A stretch of DNA of 64,000 nucleotides from Selaginella moellendorffii. Taxonomy: Eukaryota; Plantae; Lycopodiophyta. The notes beneath the pieces were generated by a model. The model was not told the origin of the DNA, made no database searches, and saw only the letters and a list, made by a program, of their open reading frames with translations. How positions within the stretch are numbered: position 1 is the first letter of the stretch; each line of letters begins with the position of its first letter. The stretch is from positions 997,955-1,061,954 of the forward strand of contig NW_003314275.1 of NCBI RefSeq assembly GCF_000143415.4, in the 5' to 3' direction. The translations under genes were made by a program, and so were the position numbers. Positions 11,095 to 21,650 of this stretch are shown piece after piece.

Positions 11095-12230
11095 CTAACA
11101 GCGCAGGACCGCCCGGAAATTCTGAAGACCGTGATCTCAAAAAATCAAACATCCAACCAAGGATCCATTCTCACCTGTGACGGATCACGAGCGAAGCAAT
11201 TCGCGTCATGAGCTCCGGCGGCCATCGATGGAACCTAGAGAAAACTTGGAGCATCAAGACGAGACTAGAAACTCTACATCTGGCTTTCTTACTTGGTAAG
11301 CATCCGTGTATAGAGCTGGCTTCACTGCTGCTAGCTTCATCGAAAGAAACTGTAGAGAAGAGAAATCACGCGAAAGATGGTGCTAACAGTAGCTTCTTAC
11401 CTCAACTTGCCGCTGGAGAGATTGGACATAGTTGATGATCTCGTCTAGCATCATAGCTTTTCCCGTTACCTATCACACAACCACAGTGGAAAAATCACGA
11501 GTGTTTGAGAAATCTAGTAGAACCTTGCTGCAACCAGGCACGAGATCCTGCAGCGTTTTCATGCGCTCGCTAATCTTCTCACGACGAACCTGGAAGAAAA
11601 AAAGCAGAGACAAGAATCAACACACAGAGTTCTTCTTTGTTTTGTGAACTGACCCTTTCGGCGAGACTGTGGCTGTCCGTTGCTTGGCCTCGCCTTGCTC
11701 GAACGTGAATGTAATCTTGCGTGTTCCCAGCTCCTGGCTTGGAATTCTCCTTGCCCAGATTGGAATTCGTAGTGTTCTCGGTGCTCTCGCTCAAAGCTTG
11801 ATCACCGCGATCCTTGGCACCTTTTGGTTTCTTGTGCTGCTTCTCATTCGCTTCTATGGCCTGCGAAAGAAAAAAAATACGAACGAAAAGAGAGATGTGA
11901 GAAGAACTCACAGGTAGAGAAAGAAGTCACCTTTCTATCCTTTGGAGGTCTCCTTCTCTTGGCCTTGTCGATCGCGGTGGGAGGCGGTGCTGTGATCACG
12001 TCTTGGCCATCGTTGGAGGGATTCACATCGAAATCCGACTGAGGCAAGACCGCTGGAAGCGTGGACGTGGCGAGCTCCGCCTCGGGATCTCCCGCAATCT
12101 CGTGCCAGAGATCGCCATTGATGAGGAGCTGCGTGAAGGAGAATGCGCTCTGCCGCGAGGTGCTCGCATCCCCGTCGCCGCAAGATTCGCCCCTGGGAAT
12201 CTCTCTCGGGGAGGAATGCCTGGGCGCCAT
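11095..12230 (-). CDS. bHLH transcription factor, CIB/BPE (subfamily XII)-like; exons 12230-11931, 11860-11654, 11589-11524, 11469-11401, 11349-; 3' end uncertain
   Basis: Spliced [22 protein letters not shown]|[22 protein letters not shown]|[23 protein letters not shown]|FLSMKLAAV with the canonical three intra-bHLH intron positions. Confidence 0.93.
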
Positions 12231-12486
12231 AGGCGCTGAGAAATGCAGCGCTCACTCTCCGTGTCTACCTCGATCCCTCTCTACTTGCGCTCCAATTCCG
12301 CGCCGCCGGCCACAGTGCTACAATGCGGCAGTGGGATCGATCTACATTGCCTGTGGAGCGCTCAGCTTGGCGAGCGCGATCCTTTCCCCGCGCGAAATCC
12401 TTCCTCCATAGCCGCAATCGAGCAAGAGATTGACAAACCCTAGCAAAGCAGAGTATATTTTATTTTAGGGTTCTAGCGTGATCGCC

Positions 12487-14025
12487 ATGGCGGCATTGAG
12501 GCGAAGCGCGAGCCTCTGGCGCCTCGATCGATGGAGCACGGGTTTCGGGAGAATCGGAGCGATGAAGCAGCAGCTTTGCGATCAGGTAAAGCATTCTCTC
12601 TACCGCGGCTCGGTTGGAAACTTAGTTTTTCTTCCTTTGGAATCAGACTGCTTGGCGATCGTCTGTAGGAATCGAAAGAAATCGCGGCTTTGCGGGGCTT
12701 GGAGAGTTCATTCCTCGCAAAGAGGTGAGCTTTTTTTTTGTTCCTTCTTCTTTGTTCTTTCTTACAGTTCCAAGTTTGTAGATTTTTTCTTCGGCTTTTG
12801 CTATACCTTGGAGAGGCCTCGCGACTGCTCGTCAAGTAAGTGAGAAGCTCTTTCTTTTTTTTGCTTAGCAGTCTTTGAGCTCTGCCTGCAGTATGGAGGT
12901 CATGCCATCTTAGTTTTTCGAGGTAATTCCTAGCAACGGAGAGAAGATATAGATGCATGAGCTCGATCTGTGTTCTTTACAAACGATTTATCAAGTGCTC
13001 TTTCTTTTTCTATGTAGGTGAAGATGGATTTCTACATGAGTAGTCCCGGGTTGATCGCGGAGAAATATCGGCCACCTCCACCACCGCTTCCGTTTTTCCA
13101 AAGGTACTTTGACTTGTTCTTTTTTTCTTTCCAGTGCGAGCTTCTCTAGACACTCCATAGGTGGTTCACACGACAAGGCTGGAGGCTCAAGAAGAAATAC
13201 CTCATGGACATGGTTAGTCATTCGTTCCGCTATTCCAGGTGATTGAATCTCTTGGCAGCTGAAAACAGCGTATTGTCTAGCCAAACTCCGCAAAAAGCAC
13301 AAAGGATACAACCAGAAGGTTTTCTACCGGGAAGCGACTGATTTGTATAAGGAGGTACGAGCTCGCCATAGCTTACACATTTTTATTTTTTTTGAAACAA
13401 AAGCCATTTTTTTTTACAGATAAACAAGCTCTCTGCTGCTGGCGATCTGGGTAAACTTCGTAGGCTCGTCACGGAACACTTTTTTTCTGTAAGTTTGCTT
13501 TTAGAGTCTAGCATAATTCCCTCACTCTTGTTTCTGCATAGGTGATAAAGAACCAAATCAAGCAAAGACAAGCTGCCTATAGTCGCGTTCATTGGGAGAT
13601 GGTTGGACAGATCAAGCTGATGAGAACTCTCCAGGGACGCTTGGTAGGAAGAACTATCATCGAGATGCTATAAAACCAATCTTTGCTTCCAGATTGGAAT
13701 CGACAGGAAGGATCTGGACAATGCGTTCGTCCAGATCACTCTTCGGATACAAAGTAACCAGGTACCTTTCCTCCCAAGCAATCGAATCAAATCAGATTAA
13801 ATTTTGATCTTGGTGGACAGATATTCGCTGCTTATGACAAGAACAATAACATTATCAAAGGCGATTTGGAGAAACCAGTAAGTTTCTGGAAGCTCAGTTA
13901 TACTGACTCAAACGAAGTGGTGTTTGTTTCTTTCCCAGCTCTTGGTCGAGGACATATGGATCTTTGAGAAACACCTCACGAGACCCGATTCGACCTGGAG
14001 GCTCTGTGGTCAGCTAAACTTTTGA
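12487..14025 (+). CDS. Mitochondrial Tim44-like domain protein (mL45/Mba1-like), multi-exon
   Basis: Arg-rich presequence MAALRRSASLWRL. Exons read WFTRQGWR, FYREATDLYKE|INK, VHWEMVGQIKLMRTLQGRL|IGIDRKDLDNAFVQITLRIQSNQ|IFAAYDKNNNIIKGD, LLVEDIWIFEKHLTRPDSTWRLCGQLNF*. Confidence 0.8.
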
Positions 14026-14507
14026 GTCAAATTTCCTTCCAGAAGTTACTAGCGGAGAACTTACAAAAAAAATTGTGTATGAGTGTGACGGTTTTAGCTG
14101 TTAGCCAGCTACAAAACTTCGATCTTCTCTTTTATATATCCTACACAAACATCAAGCGTCAGTATGTGATCAACATCAACGAGAAAGAAAAGCGCCACAA
14201 AGATATCAGACCCAAAAGGTAGACAAGGAAAAAAAAGAATAGTTTTCATTGATTATGTGCCGTTAGCTTGCATGCCGCAGCAGCTTGCAAAAATATCTAC
14301 AATCACAAGAGGGGAGGTGTAGTTTACAGTGGCACAAAAGGGAAGAAGCCTCTCTTACCTCGCTCGATCGATGGAGAAAAACACGACTTGGCGTCTTTCT
14401 CTCTGGAAGAACACACTCAAAGTGAGCAAACGAGAAGAGTTACGAATGCAAAGAGACACACATACCTGATGAGCTCGATCGACGCGGCGAAACCTTCCAC
14501 TCCATCT

Positions 14508-17500
14508 TCACTCGGACTGGGATTCAGCTCGAAAGTAGCTACGTTGTCGAGATAAGTGCTGGTTCCTTCGCGAATGACCAGCTCCATTATTGTTGTTTAG
14601 ACCGAGAAGAACCGTCGCTGTTACAAAACCACACGCTAATCAGAAAGAGCCAAGCCAATGCAACGAAAACACGAGAGAGCAACACGAAGCAAGCAAAGAA
14701 GAGAAGATTTTCATACAAGGGTTTGCAAGTGAATCATGCAACCGAAAACACGAGAGAACTAAAGAGAAGAAAGCAAGAAGAACGAAAGGTAGAGTTTTCA
14801 TACCTGTGTTTGCAAGTGAATCCAGGCGCTCCCTTGCTGGCCTGGTATACTCACGAGAAGAAGACAATGGAAGGCCTAGTCCAGTGTTATCGTTGGCGGC
14901 GTTGAGAACGTTGTCACCACCACCAAGGCTCAGCGAGAACCAATCTTCATCCAGCTGCTCACCAGGAGAGATCGCCGGATTTTGCAACGTCTGCCGCTGC
15001 TCCCTCGCCGGCTGTGGCGGCAGAAACAGCCGAAAGCCCGACTTTGATGGCCCCGTATCGTCGCCGCCACCATCTTCGTCCATCTCGTAAGCTTGGTACG
15101 CGAAGTCGAGCTCCGAGTTTTTGGCTTGCCGCGCGGGACCGGCAGCGTCAAAAAAACTGTAAGGAACTTCCTGCGATGGCTGCGACCATAGCGAGCTCTC
15201 GAGCGGCATTCCCATGCCGCCGCCACCACCACCACCATCTGAGCCTGTGTGTCTCGAGGAGCTATGTCGTCCTCGAGCTCCACCTGTAGCCCCGTTAGCT
15301 AGTCTATCCTTGTTCTTCCCACTGCCACCATAGCTGCTTGAAGGAGCGGCACCACCGTTGTGCTGCTGCTTGCCATTGTTGTAAGGTCCACCAGGCGAGC
15401 CCGACTCTTCATCCGAATCACTAAGAACTATTACATCTCCGGCACTGGCAGGAGCTTCATCTACGAGTGTGGCCTTGCTCTTCTTCCACGCGTTGATAGC
15501 CAGGCCTCCTCCAGCCCGCAAGCCCGCCTCGTTGTCTCCCGTGTAGTCTTTGGAGTATGGTTCCTGGTTCACGCTTCTTTCGTCGTCCTCGTTGTTTGTG
15601 TCCGTGGCGCTGGTGCTACGTGAGTAGGACGGCTCCTTCGGCTTGGGGATGGCCCCGCCAGACGGTCTCAGCACGGCCCAGCTACCGTCGTGTGCTCTCT
15701 TCATGCCAATCTTTAACGGTGGTCTTCCTTGAGACACGCCCTCCTCTTGTTTCACTGTAGCCTTGTGGAAGCCGTTTGCTAGCACCGGTGTGCCATCCGG
15801 ACTTCGCCATGGTTGTCTGGACACTGTCTCGCCTTCAAGCTTTGGCCGCCACGAACCATCAGCCTTAAGTTCCACTTCCTTGATGTCCTCTCCATAGTCT
15901 TTCATCTGTGCATATGTAGATAACGTAAAGGAGATGTTTAAGTGAAAACAGTCTCTCACCGCATGAGTGATGCGATTGAAAAAAGGATCAATGATGAGCT
16001 GATCAAGAGAGTAATTCTTCATACACACAGGACATTGCCACTGTACAAAACCAAAACGTCAAAACAGTAAGGAGAGGGTAAGGCACATTAAACGAACCTT
16101 TCGTGCTCTTTGATTAAGCTCAACAAATGTCTTCAAGTCGAAGCCGCCCATATGAGCACATGGTTTAAAGCGGCCAGCGATATGTATCCGAGAACCACTC
16201 ATCTGAAACACTCTATATCAGCACTTGACAAAGAAATAGAACAAAGAAAGCAACAAAAACTTACAGGACAACTCAAATTCATAGTCACGGAGTCGGCAAC
16301 AACTTCAAGATCGCTATCATCGTCATCGCCGGCATCGCTTGCACCGCCATCTATACAACGACGGACACGAGCCAGGGCCTCCTCGAAAGATTCGCCACGG
16401 GCAGCACTCGGGATCAAACTCATCACCTGCAAATAAAAATATCATTAGTATGTCAAAAAGCCTTCGTTTCATCATTTCATCAATAAACCTGCTCGACACT
16501 AAGGCGACGAATGATGCGAACGCCCATACAAAAAGGCCGGGCATCACACGCTGACAGCGAGATCCTGTTCGTGCCCTCTCTGGTACAGGCAGTTATCTGC
16601 AAAATATGCCTCATATTAATACCAAGATCGAAAGAAAATGGAAAAGTTGCCCACCCCTGGACCGTCATCTCGGCCATTTGCACCAAGCAACTGCTTCGCG
16701 GCTCTTGTAGTTACCCTGACAACGACACCTGATAATCAAATGTCAATGCGAGAACTAAAAACTCAAGGGTCAGAATACCATTGACGCGAAGCTCCGCACA
16801 GTCTGGCCAGTGCATTCGAAACGGAACTTTGTCATTGAGGAGAAGACACCACACCTAAACAGAAGCACGTAAGTATTACCAATTATACTCTAGAAACAAA
16901 GACCTGAAGGTCGTGGTTTGGTTTATGCAGGTTTTCTCGATCAGCCTTTGATAAAATAAAAGTCTTCTCCAGGGAATGCAAAGGAGACGCCCTGACATCA
17001 GGAAGGGTATAAAAAATCTGATTGACATTCTCAAGCCAACATACCCTTCCATCTGAAGAGCCGCTGGAGCGTAAAACTTAGCTGCAGGCAACGGTTGCGA
17101 TAACGTAACACAAAAACTGCACAATCAAGTAACCATGTCAGAGCTTGCATCTCAAACAAATAAAGAAAGCAAAACTTAACGGATCTCCATAATTAATCCT
17201 GCAAATTTCACAGTAGAATTGCGATGGAACATCGGGCTCGACACCCTCGGCTGCATTCTCAGGAATCACCACGCAGTTAAGGTGCTGCCACACTTTGCAG
17301 GCTTGGTTGTCACACTGCAAAAGAAGAAGAGCAAGCATTTGTCAAGTAAAAAAGGAATCCAAAAACTATTCCAAAACCTGGATCATAGTTCCAGTATCCA
17401 GCGAACTCCCACACGGACATCGATTCTCAGTTTCATCCGGTTCATCCGATCGACCGGCACTCACAGACACAGCACCGGAGAAATTCCTGTGTCCGGAAGC

Positions 17501-18021
17501 CAACTCCACAGCTCCCGATCCCCGCAACTTCCTGCAACTCCAAAAACATACGTAAGAACTCAATCGTCGTGAGAGTAAAACACAAAGCACCTATAGATGT
17601 CATCTATAACTTGCGCTGCGATAGAGCTTCTATTTCCGTCAGGCTTGAAACCTGGGAATGCAAAGAAGTGAGCTTTAAGAACGAGGAAGAAAGAAAAAAA
17701 GACGAAGAAAAGAAATTCAAACCTTTTTGGACTGGGTGTTGCTGCCACTCGGAAGGAACAAGCACCGCGAGAACTTTGTCCATAAGAACCTAGGGTAGAA
17801 ATGGAGCTCGTAATCGAAAGAAGCAAACCAAATCCTAGATCGGTGAGAAACGATACCTGTTTCTTCCCCTGCTTGGGAAGCCCGAGCCTGGTGAGAACAT
17901 CCTTGAGCTCCTTGATTCGAAATGAGGCCAATTGCGTCTGGACGATCGATCACACGATGCATAGTATCACTCGAGGAGAATAGCTCCGAGATTTTACCTT
18001 GCAACGCGCTAAATCACCCAT
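14508..18021 (-). CDS. SIZ1: SUMO E3 ligase SIZ1 (SAP, PHD, PINIT, SP-RING, SIM), multi-exon
   Basis: MGDLARCK|[27 protein letters not shown] (SAP); [15 protein letters not shown]|[21 protein letters not shown] (PHD); [36 protein letters not shown] (SP-RING); [11 protein letters not shown] (SIM). Confidence 0.95.
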
Positions 18022-18399
18022 GGATTGCCCCTAGTCGCGCGAAATGCGCCCCCACGCATGCATTCCTGGCCCCGCACACGACGAATTCTTCCTCATAGCT
18101 CCATGGCCGAGCGCAAAAAACCCTAAAAGAGAGCGCGCTGCCACCGGCCACGGCGACGCCCTCCCACCGCGGCTCCTCCGCGAATTCGCAAACCCTAAGC
18201 TCTGCGTGGGCAGCAGCAGCGAGCGCTTTGCCCCCCCCAAACAACAAAGGCACGGGCGCCGGGTTCATGTGACGGGCTGACGGCCAGAATTTGGCCGTCG
18301 CGTGACTGGGGTGACGGGCGCGGCCGACGAGAAAATAAAACGATCTCGTGTTCGATTCATTTACATTCGTCCACGTCACTCCTTAAATGCCATTGGCCG

Positions 18400-18632
18400 G
18401 AATATTTCTTCCCCGGCATATTCCGCCGAAGATTCAGTCCACAGTCAAAAGGCATATTCTTTGAAAGTAAAACCCAAAACATGACGGAATATTTTATTAA
18501 GCTAGGTACACTTAGAAAGACATATTCTGTCAAAGTACGGAGAAAGAAGGGAATATTTTATTAGGTCATGGTAACGCTAAACGGAATAGTACACAGAATA
18601 AACTTTAAAAGAATATTCTGTCAAAGTACGGA
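18400..18632. promoter_or_regulatory. Cluster of P1BS (GNATATNC) sites in the SIZ1/LecRK divergent intergenic region
   Basis: Perfect GCATATTC at 18416 and 18452 and GAATATTC at 18611; one-mismatch copies near 18400, 18487, 18520 and 18551; ATATTCTGTCAAAGTACGGA occurs twice. Confidence 0.45.
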
Positions 18633-19030
18633 CACTTTATCAAAGATTTCGTTTATTCGTTTATAGCGTCATTTTCACGGCATCACGCCCGCCCTCGATA
18701 CAAGACAACAAACAAACCTGGCTCTGCGTTCCCACTGTGCCGCCAGTTAAATCAAGAGGAGGGGGAATTGTTAACTTACCCCAGGGGGTTTAATTAGCAC
18801 GAATTCCCATTCAAGAGTAGCGAGCATCATCCGGATGAAAGGACGATCCCATTTTGATCGATCGGCCCATGGATGAGAAAAGAAAGATTTCTCGCCTCCA
18901 GGCTCCATCGGCATTGCTTAAACAATTCGCTGATGCGATCGTTCTCGGGATTCTTGGCGCCATCTAGTCAAGGCTGGATCGCTGGATCCCTAGGTATCGC
19001 TCCAAGAATCCTTCACGCAAGCGCGGGGCT

Positions 19031-19197
19031 CGGCTATGGATGCGTCAATAATCCAGCAGCAGCGCTTCCAGTCGAACTATCGCGTTCTTGGCGAGGATTG
19101 AGCGGCCCGGCTATGGATGCGTCGATAATCCGGCTCTCTTTCTTTCAGCAGCGCTTCCAGTCGAAATATCGCGTTCCTGGCGAGGATTGAGCGGCCG
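19031..19197 (+). repeat. About 80-bp tandem duplication in the LecRK 5' region
   Basis: CGGCTATGGATGCGTC.ATAATCC...CAGCAGCGCTTCCAGTCGAA.TATCGCGTTC.TGGCGAGGATTGAGCGGCC at 19031 and 19108. Confidence 0.85.
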
Positions 19198-19225
19198 CCT
19201 GGCCAGGAATCGTCGAGCAATCGCA

Positions 19226-21388
19226 ATGCAGGCACGCCAAGGTACCGGTAGCGCTAGCTCTAGCAATCTCGTGTTTCTTCTCGCCGGGGTAGTAATCTCA
19301 GCTCTAGCGTCGGCGACAGGGCAGGACAGGGCTGGGGCATCGATCCAGCTCCCAGCGCTGGGCCCGGAATCCATGGTGTTCATGGGAAACGCGAGCTTCG
19401 GCCGCACAGGCCAGATCGAGCTCAACAGCCCGATGCTCGGCAGCGCCGCCGCCACGACGCCAACACTCAGCAGTGGCAGAGCGCTCTTCAATCTCCCGCT
19501 CCAGATGCTCAATCCATCCGCGAGCTTCGAGACCTCTTTCACTTTCTCTACGATCCAGGGAAGCTCTTTCTTCTTCGTTATTGTTCCAAACAACCAGGAG
19601 CTCGCTACTCTCCACGGACTCTCGGTGCGATTCACGACCGCCAACAACACCATCGCCGTGTGGTCCTCGTCGCGAAATCTGGCCACCACCGTGGCGGAGT
19701 TTGATCTGGGGCTGGAATCCAGGCGGACGTTCGTGTGGATTTCTTACGACTCGAGGAGGCACCGGGTGGAGATCCGAGCTAGCAACTTCTCGGTTTTGGC
19801 GGCTCCTCCACTTCCAGTGATCGCCCTCGGACTGGATCTCTCGGCCCGGGTGGTCAATCAGTTCATGTACGTGGGATTCTCGGCCTCGTCCACTCTGCTG
19901 GCCGCCAAGAGCACCATCTGCGCCTGGAACTTCACGAGCTGGGTTCCCGATCCGTCAGTCCACCCGGATCCCGCCACTCTCGACTCGGCTGCTTTGGATT
20001 CTTCCTCCAAGAGCTCCTCTGCCAGGTTGAGGAAGAACTTGGCCGCTGCTGGGATCGCCGTGACTGCTCTGGTGGTCTTCGTCGTGGCGGCAGTGGTGGT
20101 CGTGAGGATCATGAGAAACAGCGCCAGCCACCACGCCAGGAAGAAATTCTCGAGGACCACCGACCGGAAGCTGGATCCAGAAGTGGGCGATGATCAGTCG
20201 ATGGCGAAGTTTTCGTATAAACAGCTCGTCTCGGCCACCAACGCCTTTGATCTCAGACACAAGCTCGGGCCACCGGCGACCAGCCAGTGCTACCGCGGAG
20301 TTTTGTCCGACTCCATCGTAGCGATCAAGGTGGTGTCCGATAGTAACTCTCTCGTGGAAGAATCGCTCAAGCTCGTCTTGGAGCTGGCCAGCCTCCGGCA
20401 CAGGAACCTCGTCAACTTGCTGGGCTGGTGTAGCAACAAAACCACAGCCGAGCAGCGATCATCCTTCCTCGTCTACGAGTTCATCCCGAATGGCTCCCTG
20501 GACGAGCACCTCTTCTCGAGCAGCACCAAGAGCAATCCTCTGCCGTGGTCGCATCGTCACAAGGTCGCGTGTGGAGTGGCCCAAGCTCTCGACCACCTCC
20601 ACTCGCGAGGCCTTGCGCATGGCAACGTAAAGTCGAGCAACGTGATGCTGGACGCCAACTTCACTGCTCGCCTTGGCGACTATAGCTTGAAGAACAGAGG
20701 CACCGGCAAAGCTGGGGGTGCTGAGCAGCCTCTCGCTGGATCCATGATCGTTGCTGGGACTTTCGGATACGTTGCTCCCGAGGCCGTGCAAACCGGACGA
20801 CCGACGAGCCGAGCTGACGTCTTCGCGTTTGGAGCCGTGGTCCTGGAACTCGTCTGTGGACGAAGAGCTCTAGAGACGAGCAGCTCCGGTGAGATTGGCG
20901 ACGAGCAGCGCAGCAAAGTCGGAGAAGATAGAGCTGCCGATGGTGGTGACCAGAATTCGTCGTCCGGTGCTACTGTTCTAGTCGATCGAGTCCGGGAAGT
21001 GTTGAGCAGCAACAGCCATGGCAGCGATTTCAAGAAATCGATAGAGCTGGAGAAGGTGGTGGACGTGAAGCTCGCGGGGCTTTACGACGTGTCCGAGATG
21101 GAGGTGCTCGTTTCACTGGGGCTGGCGTGCTCGGACTTGGACCCGGAGAGGAGGCCGGCGATGGAGACGGTAGTGAAAATGCTGGCGGGGGAGATCCCCG
21201 TTCCGTCACCTCGGCTTCTCCTCTCTTCTTCGCCTTCTCCTTCCTCCATCGAGAGCAAGGATCGATCGAGCAAGAAGGATCGTAAGATGAAGGGCGCCGC
21301 CGAGCAGCAAAGGAGGCCCATCGAAGAGCTGCTGGCGATGAAAGATTTTGGAAGCTTGTTTGCTGCTGATAATGACTCGGCAGTTTGA
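19226..21388 (+). CDS. L-type lectin receptor-like kinase with degenerate (pseudo)kinase; intronless
   Basis: Signal peptide, lectin-like domain (SGRALF, FETSFTF, VWISYD, MYVGFSAS, AWNF), TM helix, FSYKQLVSATNAF, VAIK, LRHRNLVNLLGWC, HGNVKSSNVMLD, LGDYSL, GTFGYVAPE, DVFAFG. The ORF-track start at 19088 is TTG; the first in-frame ATG is 19226. Confidence 0.9.
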   Translation: MQARQGTGSASSSNLVFLLAGVVISALASATGQDRAGASIQLPALGPESMVFMGNASFGRTGQIELNSPMLGSAAATTPTLSSGRALFNLPLQMLNPSASFETSFTFSTIQGSSFFFVIVPNNQELATLHGLSVRFTTANNTIAVWSSSRNLATTVAEFDLGLESRRTFVWISYDSRRHRVEIRASNFSVLAAPPLPVIALGLDLSARVVNQFMYVGFSASSTLLAAKSTICAWNFTSWVPDPSVHPDPATLDSAALDSSSKSSSARLRKNLAAAGIAVTALVVFVVAAVVVVRIMRNSASHHARKKFSRTTDRKLDPEVGDDQSMAKFSYKQLVSATNAFDLRHKLGPPATSQCYRGVLSDSIVAIKVVSDSNSLVEESLKLVLELASLRHRNLVNLLGWCSNKTTAEQRSSFLVYEFIPNGSLDEHLFSSSTKSNPLPWSHRHKVACGVAQALDHLHSRGLAHGNVKSSNVMLDANFTARLGDYSLKNRGTGKAGGAEQPLAGSMIVAGTFGYVAPEAVQTGRPTSRADVFAFGAVVLELVCGRRALETSSSGEIGDEQRSKVGEDRAADGGDQNSSSGATVLVDRVREVLSSNSHGSDFKKSIELEKVVDVKLAGLYDVSEMEVLVSLGLACSDLDPERRPAMETVVKMLAGEIPVPSPRLLLSSSPSPSSIESKDRSSKKDRKMKGAAEQQRRPIEELLAMKDFGSLFAADNDSAV

Positions 21389-21650
21389 GAGGATCGAGAG
21401 AGACGATTTCGTTTGTCTGTACAACAAGCTTTTTGGAAGAATAGAGAATTTTGAAGTACCTTGATGAGTCGATCAAGTATATAGTAGAGAGTACCAAGCC
21501 ACAATATAGCTCGCCAACACAAAGAATGCTATAGAACCAAAACCACGCACGAGAGGTAAAAAAAATACCTGGAAGAACAAAAACCATGAGAACTACCAAA
21601 ACTCTCGCGATCACGTACTTTACAAGAGAGGAAAGAAAGCTTTCGTCCTC

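Noticed and set aside
18031-18110. Short upstream ORFs in the SIZ1 leader
   Set aside because: TSS unknown and no conservation evidence available from the sequence alone
19088-19225. N-terminal extension of the LecRK in the ORF track
   Set aside because: Starts at TTG within a tandem duplication; ATG 19226 directly precedes a good signal peptide
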